This document shows positions 52,501 to 61,160 of a DNA stretch of 64,000 nucleotides, in pieces (the first letter of the stretch is position 1; each line of letters starts with the position of its first letter). This stretch comes from Fimbriosthenelais zetlandica (Eukaryota). The notes below the pieces were generated by a model. That model made no database searches and was not told the origin of the DNA. It saw nothing but the letters and a program-made list of their open reading frames with translations. A program made the position numbers and the translations under genes. Location: positions 22,754,001 through 22,818,000 of the forward strand of contig OZ365112.1 in NCBI GenBank assembly GCA_977030845.1. Reading direction: 5' to 3'.

Positions 52501-55500
52501 ATATTGTAATAAATTACGGTAGGCCTACAATAATCACATAATAGAACTAGTCGAGAGGACCGAAAGTACTTACCCCAACCATGGTATCTGTTAAGTTTTT
52601 CTGTATTGATGACTCATCGCCGGTCTTTTCGCTCTCCTGTAGTCTGTGACATAGCTGTTTGGATGCCTTCTGTAGGATGAGGGCATCTTCAGGACTAGAT
52701 GTCACAAAGATAGAGGATAAAGAGCCATCCTCGCACACAGATCTCAGTGTTTTGTTGTTTCCCATAGCTGCCAGTATGTGGGATATCTGAAAATTAACAT
52801 CGATTTATTACAATTAGTACTGGAAACCATGCCACAGAAGATTACTTTTTAGGAGTTATAATGTAAAAATGAAGCTTACCCTTGTAGTGTTGAGTCTGGA
52901 TTTCATTAAGACCTTGTTAGAATCCTCAGAAAAGTTAAAAATGGCTGTCATCCTGTCAAAGAGTACAGGGTCCTTCTCTGCCAGCTCCCATATAATACCG
53001 GTGGTATCTGAAACCCAAGACAAGAGTGATAATAAAGGACAATATATACCAACACCAGGATTACCTTCCCGGGCTAATCTAGATGTAGATCAAGTGAGTG
53101 AGTATTTACCTGGTAATGTCAGGGACCCGCCTGACGACCAGTCCGTCACCATCTTGATGTAGTTATAACCATCTCTGACTTGTTCCCAAAGTCCTGACCT
53201 CCCAGACAGATTTCTAACCAAGGGATCCATGTTGTCTAAAAGCTTACTAAACCTGTGGAGAAAAGACGGCAGTAATAAGATTATTAAAGATTCTGTTTTG
53301 GGGTGGTTGGGAAATATTGCCAATGACATGAATTAGTGGATACTAACGACAGGACTTGGTTTCCCACGGAGCCATTGAGCTGATTAACGAAGTCGGCTAC
53401 AGAACCGAGCCACTCGGAGGTCTGAGCCAGTTGGAGGGCGGCCTGAGACACGTTCTTCACAGCGTTATGATCACTGACTATCTCTACAAGGTCAGCCAAG
53501 TCATCCAGCCCGTCAGCTGCCGTGTACTCATCTGCCAACTTCATCAACTTAGAACTCTGGAAAGTAAAACATTCAAATACATCCTCTGGAACTCTGAAAA
53601 GGGGGTTTAATTGCATCAAAGCAGAACACAATGCAGATATATCTGAATCAATAATTAAATTCGTGTTACAATTATCCAAATGAGTGAATGTTGTAGTTGA
53701 GATTATTACTTACAATGCGGAGGATTTTGGAGACATCTATCTGATCTCGGAGGACGTCAGTGATGTTAGGTATGAGAGTCTCATCTATGGCACACAGGCT
53801 GGCAGAGATAGACTTGATGTCCACCTTATTGGAGAAGATCAGGTACTTTGCCAACTTTTCAGAATCACAGACGATGTTTTGCAGGTCGATGAATCCGGAA
53901 AGCTCATATATCTATAGGATAAGAAAAGAGATTCATTTTCAAATGTTACTGGATTATATTTGCGAGTTGGATAAGAGACATTATCATTTTCCTTCTTCCC
54001 CCAAGGTTCTACATGGACAATGTATGGAGAGAGTTACCTCGTTGAGGTTGACTTTGGCATCCATGAGTCCGTTTGCTACATCTGGTGACAGAACTTGGGT
54101 GTCATTCGTCAGATAGTTCTCCAGGTACGCCTCATCCCGAAACAAATTCCCAACACGCATATCAACTTCTGTAAACAGATTGAACAAAAACATCAAGTTA
54201 GATCAGGTAGAATAGTACTTATTGACCTACAACAAAATGTCGAATTCGGTAACGTTTCGGTAAATTTCGCATATAATTTCATTTATTGCCTATATGGCTT
54301 AAGAAAATTAATACAGATTTTTTTTCCCGTTTGCAGTAGGCTATAAATGCACAGACTGAAAGCAAACTCATCTATGTGTTAAGGAAAAAGGATCAATAAG
54401 CACCAGAAAATTGCAGCAACAGTCAAATACAAAAGATTTACAAGGGAAGAATTTATCCCTCGCATATAACCCCAGTAAAGGATATCCGTTCTGTTGAAGA
54501 TAAGGAGGATGGTTCTACAGTATAGCACCTGAAATATTTAATTTCTCTCTAGCAGGGAAGGGAAAAATCCAGGGAAAAGATGTTCATTTTTGAAAAGTAT
54601 TTTAAGACAGGCCTAAGGATTGAAGCAACACAAGCGGACCTATTTTACCTACTTTAAAATATCACATTTCTCACCTTGTATACCTGTTTAAATAAAGCTA
54701 AAATGATGTACTTGCAATAGACAATATGGGGAATTAAAAATCACGTTATGTGTGATCGGTAGGGGAAAATAATAACACTTCTCTATAACATAAAATGAAT
54801 GAATTTAGATAAAACTACTAACATTTACGTGCAGGTTTGTGGACATTGCATGTTTGTACAGAGCTCTTTAGACAATAAAAGATAAATAAATAGGTATAAT
54901 GATTGCCAAGATTCATTGTCTACAGGAGACAAAAGACGAATTAAATTCAAAGTGCTTTATCCTACTCACGTATGAGTTCCTTGACTTTGGGTTGGTTGAG
55001 AGTTTTGGAGAGGGATGACAACATGCGAGTTGTCTTAGGTAAATCCATCAGTAGACCTTGAGTCATGTTGGGATCGTTCATCAACGGGCCTAGAGCAGAC
55101 ATCATTTTAGACATCCTAAAAAAATGATCCGGAAAAGTATTAGATATAACATCAAAGATGAAAAAGAATTGGCTCTATAAAAGTTTTTTTTATAAAGTAT
55201 ATGAATTTAGAATTAAAATACATGATTTCAGAATTCTAATCGGGAGGAGCCTTCAAAGCAGGTAAGCATTTGAAACAAGTGGCTGAATATAATGGCTTCT
55301 CCATCTCACCTGGCTGTGGCTTCCTCGTATACCTGGTTCTCTCCTTTACAATCATTGTTCACATTGCAGACAAAACTCTGTATAAATTCAATACCTCCAG
55401 CACTGGGCATATAACGGGGCTGGTAGTGGCCTGTATAAGACAAACAATAGGACATGTATTTCTGAGTTTGACATATTAGAGATTGTTTAGTCTTCTATGG

Positions 55501-57092
55501 TCCGCTGGGTAGGTCATGCAACAAACCAATTCATTGTTTTTTCCTTCAAGATGTCAAGTTTTCATTTCAGCTCTTTCATTTGTCACATAATTTAAGGGAG
55601 TAGACAGTCGTGACAGACATGAAATTGCGCAATATAATCTGTCTAGAAACTGGGTGAATGAATATCAATATCAACATAACAGATGATAAAAAGACTCCCA
55701 GGCTCAAACCAACCGTGACAATTGGAACTTTTATATGGACACATACCAGGCATACCAGACGCTACAAAAACAATATTATTTATATTATTTATAAACAATA
55801 TAATGTATTTGTAATCAGAGGGGCCCTGAGGTCACAAAGTGAGGTGGTTACATAAGAAGTAAATTAGAACTGTAATGGAGCTCTGATTAGTGATAATTAT
55901 GAGGTTTTAGCTTACAGGTTGGCTGTCGCTCAGGTGGTGCCACCATACGGACGAGGGCAATGACGGCGAATATAGCTGTAGGCCAGATTAACTCCAAGGC
56001 GAAAAGAGTCTGAAAAGAAAATCACAAACAGATCCAGCCACATCCATTTTAATGTTTGGGAACTTTCCAGGCCATGGTCCCTTTAACATTAAAATCAGAT
56101 CAGCCCTGAAACTTTAAACATTTCATAATCTTAGGCTCAGAAATTTTCCAGGTGAACATGTATGTAGAATTGAGATTGGAAGGGATAAGTTTGACGTCCT
56201 CAGTACATACCCACATTAAACACAGATTTTATTCCATACATACAAACATATTGTAATGCACCGCCCATATATAATACAGCCAGAGCTTGATCAACAATGT
56301 CTAATATTACCATTAATAGCACGCCCCCCTGTGGCACCCGAGAAATGTCAATAGAACAAGTCCACCTTACATGTACAATGTGAATGACAATTACACGTCC
56401 GTGGTAACCCAAGGTGGTTCACCATTCAAGAAAAAAATGACCACCACCTAAAAACGTATACCTCTATGAATACCAAATAGATGAGAATCTCCTTTTAGTA
56501 ACGAAAGATGATTCCTTAAATTTAGTAGGGTTGTCACCTTTTGTTGGATTTATAAGGGAATTGATACCTTCAGGTGGTAATTGACATCTAAGTAGTTTTC
56601 ATATACTTATGTGAGCGCCAAGTATTAAAAGTCAATTGTTTTTTTGTAAATTTTATGAGGGAGAAAAGTTGCTTGGAAATTAACCAAGAATGTTTGTATC
56701 ATCTAGTATTATGTAGGTATGGCAGACCGACATGTGTATATATTTGGTTCAGGACTCTTGCCAGAAATCTTAATGGGCCGTGAGATATTGTTTGTAGACG
56801 TAAATGTAGACCTAAAGAGACCAAAAAGATCCATCAGATTCCCTTCCAAAAGAAGGAGTGGCCATCTCCCCAGAACAGGTTTACATAAGTTGCAGCCAAT
56901 TATGTTTTCTTTGGGCACAATCAGTAGTATGGCCCATTTCAAGACACATGCTGATAGTATACAACAGCGAAACAAGAATATAGTTGTCCCGTGTTAAAGT
57001 ATTTTCTTCAAATGTTTTATACTTACCGGCTGGCGCTTTTTCCGGAGTACATTCCTCCAGAGAAGAAGCCCTAACTGCCTTAAAGCACCCAT
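6434..57092 (-). CDS. ABCA: Giant multi-exon ABC transporter, subfamily A (ABCA12/ABCA13-like architecture), about 7,760 aa, about 131 coding exons
   Basis: N-terminus [22 protein letters not shown]|[21 protein letters not shown]..|[28 protein letters not shown] matches the ABCA1 N-terminus. Two NBDs with ABCA-type motifs; TTLDQ|LFVNFA near the C-terminus. Manual exon sum 23,295 nt is divisible by 3, with compatible phases at every junction checked and no internal stop seen. Orthology within the ABCA family is not determinable here. Confidence 0.95.
7793..9486 (-). CDS. ABCA: NBD2 exons (9366-9486, 9022-9090, 8707-8813, 8372-8513, 8122-8256, 7793-7989)
   Basis: [16 protein letters not shown] (Walker A), [23 protein letters not shown]|[32 protein letters not shown]. 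Exon sizes 121/107/142/135 match my recollection of ABCA1 exons 42/44/45/46. Confidence 0.96.
10245..10271 (-). other. Candidate 27-nt microexon (KLYMEVEA) between TMD2 and NBD2
   Basis: aacctaag|AAAACTGTACATGGAGGTTGAAGCCAG|gtgagt; phase 2-2 matching the host intron; consensus donor, weaker acceptor. Confidence 0.45.
11006..12118 (-). CDS. ABCA: TMD2 exons (11941-12118, 11665-11780, 11390-11537, 11006-11259)
   Basis: [37 protein letters not shown]; [13 protein letters not shown]; [18 protein letters not shown]. Confidence 0.93.
12174..12500. repeat. Intronic minisatellite, ~38-bp unit (CACAGAGGGAATTCCCTGAGAACAGGGGTAAGGCAAAT), ~8 degenerate copies
   Basis: CACAG starts recur at 12313 and 12351 (38 bp apart); near-identical central copies. 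Confidence 0.9.
12529..14503 (-). CDS. ABCA: Regulatory domain 1, TM7 and ECD2 exons (14467-14503, 14108-14319, 13791-13989, 13407-13686, 13212-13316, 12873-13103, 12529-12756)
   Basis: [22 protein letters not shown]|[77 protein letters not shown]. Confidence 0.93.
14624..15953 (-). CDS. ABCA: NBD1 exons (15782-15953, 15437-15652, 15131-15327, 14868-14944, 14624-14719)
   Basis: Walker [10 protein letters not shown]-loop [10 protein letters not shown], signature LSGGQRRRL, Walker [13 protein letters not shown]-loop LSTHHLDEA. Confidence 0.96.
16724..17633 (-). other. Three candidate symmetric phase-1 cassette exons in the TMD1-NBD1 linker intron: 17595-17618 (or 17633), 17259-17336, 16724-16849
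   Basis: Lengths 24/39, 78 and 126 nt, all in frame without stops, each with a pyrimidine-tract acceptor and a GT donor. Confidence 0.6.
18030..19541 (-). CDS. ABCA: TMD1 exons (19424-19541, 19107-19297, 18694-18832, 18386-18581, 18030-18170)
   Basis: [41 protein letters not shown]; [30 protein letters not shown]. Confidence 0.93.
19664..24937 (-). CDS. ABCA: Conserved ECD1 core exons (24754-24937, 24445-24600, 24214-24356, 23977-24093, 22725-22974, 22294-22468, 19664-19840)
   Basis: [87 protein letters not shown]: recognisable ABCA1/4/12 ECD1 motifs. Confidence 0.93.
20805..22028 (-). other. Two candidate symmetric phase-2 cassette exons in ECD1: 21969-22028 (60 nt) and 20805-20849 (45 nt)
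   Basis: aattttcag|G ATT..CTG AA|gtataa and gctttttcag|G GCT..GAT CG|gtaaaa; both in frame. Confidence 0.5.
23727..23738 (-). other. Candidate 12-nt microexon (ENLT)
   Basis: tttgcttttgatgtcatcgcag|GAAAACCTTACG|gtaaag inside a phase-0 intron. Confidence 0.5.
29455..29710 (+). mobile_element. ~255-bp interspersed element, copy 1 (contains a ~100-bp MITE-like part with imperfect inverted ends ATGTAACGCC...GGTGTTACAT)
   Basis: Reverse-complement match to 32023-32286 over almost its whole length with few differences. Confidence 0.8.
30815..30871 (-). other. Candidate 57-nt cassette exon ([18 protein letters not shown])
   Basis: tattctttggtgccctcag|A AAA..TGC AG|gtatgg; phase 2-2 matching the host intron 30252-31002. 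Confidence 0.4.
32023..32286 (-). mobile_element. ~260-bp interspersed element, copy 2, inverted relative to copy 1
   Basis: Reverse complement reads ATCATGTATGTAACGCCTGCGTGGGTGGGTGGGTAAAAGGCAAGCAGGGGTTCTTAAAATGGCC...GTGCATTTTATGCTGTTAAG, as at 29455-29710. Confidence 0.8.
37283..37600. repeat. Intronic purine-rich minisatellite, 54-bp unit, ~6 copies
   Basis: GGGGC[CG] anchors at 37291, 37345, 37399, 37453; it explains the repetitive ORFs 37275-37523 and 37313-37534. Confidence 0.9.
38598..38700 (-). other. Non-canonical GC-AG intron
   Basis: Exon 38701-38962 ends GAT AAG followed by GCAAGT; this joins in phase 0 to the next exon (TTG AAC, starts 38597). Confidence 0.75.
55310..56009 (-). 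CDS. ABCA: Coding exons 2-3 (55916-56009, 94 nt; 55310-55430, 121 nt): TM1 and start of ECD1
   Basis: [32 protein letters not shown] / [27 protein letters not shown]; canonical splice sites, phases 0-1-2. Confidence 0.93.
57027..57092 (-). CDS. ABCA: First coding exon (66 nt): [22 protein letters not shown]
   Basis: ATG at 57092-57090 in context agcATGg; donor GTAAGT at 57026-57021. 22 codons, the same length as the first coding segment of ABCA1 (from memory). An upstream acceptor (tttttacag at 57210) implies a non-coding upstream exon. Confidence 0.92.
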
Positions 57093-57156
57093 GCTGGTGA
57101 AGGGTTTGGGTTTCTATCAATATTTCCCAGGTGTGAAGAAGTAGAAAAGCTTAATG

Positions 57157-57174
57157 TCAGAAAGATGCGGCCAT
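57157..57174 (-). promoter_or_regulatory. 5-codon upstream ORF (MAASF-stop) in the ABCA 5' UTR
   Basis: agaATGGCCGCATCTTTCTGA, A at -3 and G at +4, stop ~65 nt before the main ATG. Confidence 0.5.
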
Positions 57175-60100
57175 TCTTGTCTCACCTCTATCTCCTTATC
57201 TTACACACCCTGTAAAAAGAGAAGAACATTGGGGGTGAGTTTATGTGATGTGTAAGGGGCGTGTACATGCAGGCATTAGTCATCAGAGATGTAGGCCTAA
57301 AGGGGTTTCTCAATGTCATAAGACCAGGTACGATTGACCTCTCTGAAATGTTAATCTAAACTAATAATTCATACTTGGTGTGCTTTATTGAACTTTTTAA
57401 TTTATCTAAATTAAATTAAAGGCTAGTTACAAGAAATTTGAACATTTCGCTAAGATATTTTTTTCTATTCCTGGATTTTAATATGGAAGTTCTAATCTTT
57501 CCGCTGTCTTATATTGTTTGTTCTATGATCCAAGGCAGCGGTAGAGCGCTATGCTGTCTAGCTTTACAGGAGAACTGATGTTTGTTCGCCCTCGTATTAC
57601 TGTCTCTATTAGTCCAGGGCTGGCATGAGGGGGGTTTCAAACTATTCCATGCTCGATATACAACAAAGTCTAGACTTTACAGTCCTCATCACTTATAGCA
57701 AAGAGCTTATACCATTATAAGCTCTTTGCTTATAGCTTGATGTCATATCTTGCCCATCTTATCTATCTCAGCATCTATTCGAATCTGAGCGCTTAATGGA
57801 TTTTTTAAGATTCCCAAGTGAAAATATAGGTGATACAGTCAACTAAAGTCCTCTTACGATAAAATGTCATTTGGCAGCATGGAAAATTACAGTTTTCCTT
57901 TATACAAATAATTATTCAATGCGCCCCAGGCTGTACAGAAATCGGGAAGCAGCGAAGCGTGTGTGAGTTGCGGGGGCCTCCTTGAAGAATTTCGCAATAA
58001 AATCGCAGAAATTCAGAGGCAACATACACGTACATGTATGCGATTTTCTTTACAGAAAATGTGAAAGTTTGTTTCAAAACAAGGAATTAACACAGATGAC
58101 CACTTAGAGAGTGGATAAAACAGAAAATAAAGAAGGACGGTGAGGCACGACATATAGTAAGATAGGCCAACTGCCGTCTTCACCTTGCCACAGGACACAT
58201 CATGGTCACGCCCCATCCCCTACATTACATTGTATTATACATACATGACACGGGGGATAGGTGGGCTGTAGTACACATGCACTAAGGAAATGTAAGCATG
58301 AAGATGGTAGACACGGTACAGTGAGGAATCCCCCCATGTTTTGGCCATTTAACAACAACGCAAATTTATTAGGGCGCATGCCGCACACAAGACCACGAGG
58401 GCCAGTTTTACTTCTATGCAGGATACACTTTAAACCTTTTCCCAAATTAATCACACATAAATTATAAACTACAGATTCATAAACCAGCATGAAATTTTTA
58501 AAACTTGATAGCGGGTACATTCATATAAAAAAATATATATGCATGGCCCATATCAATAAAATTGATCCAATGCGGCTTATCATAATCAGATGCCTCACAT
58601 CTGGAGATTGAGTCCATAGAGTTGAGCCCAACACTGCCTGAGTGAGAACCCAGTTAAAGTACATATTAATGGGAATTAATTAAATCAGTACAACAGTAAA
58701 CCTATCATGAAGCATGTACGGAATGGTACTATAATAAGTTTCTGGTCTGAACTTCTTCATAATCCAACTTAGTGGATTGTCCTCAAGGAATAAGCAAACT
58801 AACCAGATTTGAAAACGGGTCCTTGGAAAAAGAATTCAACAAATCTACTTTTGTTAGCTCTACATATATATTGGACCAGCTGCCACGTTTATCATACATG
58901 GTAAAAGTAAACAGAGATTGAATGGAGAGAGTGAGGGAGAACCCATCTTTATAAATACATGTACACCCAGAACCCCACCACCAAATATACACCAGTCACA
59001 TGGTGAGGTGTATGAGTGGGCAGCATGGCACCACATACCTCAATACATTGTACCTACCCCCACCCCGCTTACACACCCAACCTAACCAACCACCACACTC
59101 ATATTGCACCAACATGAAAAATATTGATTGTAACAATAACAATAGTAAGTATGTTCTGCATGAACCATAGTCATGCGAAAGGAATCCCTAGGCCCATTTT
59201 TATGACACCACTGCTCAAAATTTAAGATAAAAAATATCAGGATTGGAAAAGCTTCGGTGCGGTTCCAAATAAATACATGTAGTCTATAAAGACACACATT
59301 GTGGAGGGAAATAAGTATTAAACCAGTAATACTGCTCACGTAATGCCTCTGACCGAGGACACCTCCTTCAAACTTAATGCTACGCCCACACAAGTATGAA
59401 AGTCAATAACACGAATCCTTTAAGAAATGTTCATTAAACTTTATCAAAACTAGTCTCACATAATATTATAGGAGAGAATCCGTAAAATGAAATGTGCATT
59501 ATTCATTCATGTAATTTTACATGAGCGCATCTGTGAAATTAAAATAAATTACATTATTTTAGATTATGAATAACCTCTTAAGTATATCATGATTTGTTTG
59601 ATGTAGTTTTCTACTTGCTCATCTCCTATATTCGACATTTAGAAGTTTATCTCCAAGGAGTAATTTCTATATTTGAGAGAGCCTCTATGACTTTCACAGA
59701 GCAAAGGTGTTCAGTGTTCTCATGGGAATAACTAAACAAACCCAGTCTACATTTATGCACAGACACAAACCTCAATGATGATATTTCTTACATGTCTATG
59801 GTCCACCTACTCGCTAGCCTCCTTCTAATGTTTGACAACCCCTCATGAATTTTTCACGCAGTTTAAGTCGCGCCACCATGTTTAAAGGCAATCTAAGTAA
59901 ACAGTTAAAGACATGTCGCACAGCCTCTCTGTACGCATTGATCTATTGAGCGCATTATACAAGTTATTAAACAATAGTTGTATTCACAGTCTACCCATGC
60001 CAGGGACGCTTACAAAAAATAGATAAATAATAATTCATGTAATCCGAAAATGGAGGGCAGGGGGAGAGAAAAATGATTTTCTTTCCAAAATACATGAATG

Positions 60101-61039
60101 ACATTAAAATAGGACCTCCTAATACAGAAAGCATTCCCATGTCCGATTCTGATAATTTTTAAATTAATAGCTGCAGTATATATGTGCCTTAAACTGTTCT
60201 CTATAAAATATCCCAGCGATCCAATTGCAGTGAAATATTTCTATTGGATTATTGGTGGGCAAGTAGAGGGAGATTACAGTGTTGATCGATATCTTTGGCT
60301 AGTAATCGATACTCTAAATGGACCGTCAAACAGTTACCCGTAAACAAACTATCACTAGACTGGAACCCTCCATAGTCGTCAGTTAGAATTAGAAATCTAT
60401 AAATCACTCAAAGAAGGCATTAAAAATGTATTTCAATGGATATTACCAACACCATTTACTTCCCCTACTTGTTAATAAATCACTTAATTTTGGTTTAATT
60501 ATATTAATTTATATTAGGGTTTCCGATTCGGATGAATTAAAAAAAAGATTCAGTTTTTCAATCCCTCTTTTTCGATAATGATAATTAGCAGCCTGAATGT
60601 CAGATCAATGAATACTTGATTCAGCCTTTATAGAGCTGTGATGAGCATCTTACATGCAACAAAGAACTCGCGCTTTCCTTATATATAGGCCTATCTATCT
60701 TCACCACAAATTGAGATCAGGTGGAAAATGCTCACCCTCCCTTTCTGCATGGACGCCTATAGCCTAATTAAATACTCTCTATTCACAAGAAAACCCATGG
60801 TTTATAGACAGATTCTGAGAGGTTGATGGCTTCCCTAATCTTCCCTAATAAGTTTGGAGCATATAATTAAAACAATTTAGTAATTTCTCATCTAGGCTAA
60901 TGGCTATAAAATCCGAACCTCTTAAAATTATCATGTCTGAGCAAGATTTTAACTACATGCATTTTTATAGAGCCATATTATGGGTGAAGCCAGCTCACAC
61001 TCTTGATAAATCTTGATAAGTTTACGTATGATTTTCAGC

Positions 61040-61160
61040 TGGGGGATCTTTTTCTACGTGCAAATTTACATTGCCTTGGACAAATGCTCTGGACAGCTCG
61101 CGGATTTGAACCGCTAACCCTTCGATCTTTGGTCGACAACCCTGAGTGAGCTGACGCCTG
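61040..61160 (-). mobile_element. tRNA-derived SINE 5' fragment
   Basis: Minus strand: A-box-like AGCTCACTCAGG (61152-61141), B-box GGTTCAAATCC (61112-61102), then TTGTCCAAGGCAATGTAA resembling a SINE body. No complete cloverleaf. Confidence 0.6.

Larger units (their letters stand above)
25066..55115 (-). repeat. Coding tandem repeat: 25 diverged copies of an ECD1 module (A-B-C-D exon block, ~1.1-1.3 kb genomic period)
   Basis: Cys-pair D exons at 53714-53911, 52574-52786, 51394-51585, 50223-50414, 49085-49279, 47940-48161, 46802-46993, 45715-45903, 44587-44769, 43451-43633, 42365-42550, within 41254-41570, within 40354-40810, 39399-39596, 38460-38597, 37028-37234 (no Cys), within 35687-36596, 35410-35604, 34130-34315, 32925-33083, 31372-31575, 29179-29400, 28008-28181, 26178-26378, 25066-25266. 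Loose consensus LC-x(13-29)-LC-xx-[ND]-xx-x-L-xx-EL. Confidence 0.9.

Noticed and set aside
28012-54346. Numerous 60-120 aa plus-strand ORFs overlapping exons
   Set aside because: Antisense shadows of coding exons; no splice chain or homology.
25066-55115. Array as an assembly artefact or pseudogene
   Set aside because: Modules are highly diverged at protein level with unrelated introns, and every junction checked is frame-preserving.
25066-57092. The repeat-array exons as a separate apolipoprotein- or mucin-like gene
   Set aside because: They are flanked upstream by the ABCA TM1 exons and splice in phase into the ABCA core; no stop or new start was found between.
59785-59900. Possible non-coding first exon or promoter (donor CAT|GTAAGA near 59790, small CpG cluster)
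   Set aside because: An upstream exon is expected, but nothing distinguishes this from other candidates without 5' data.
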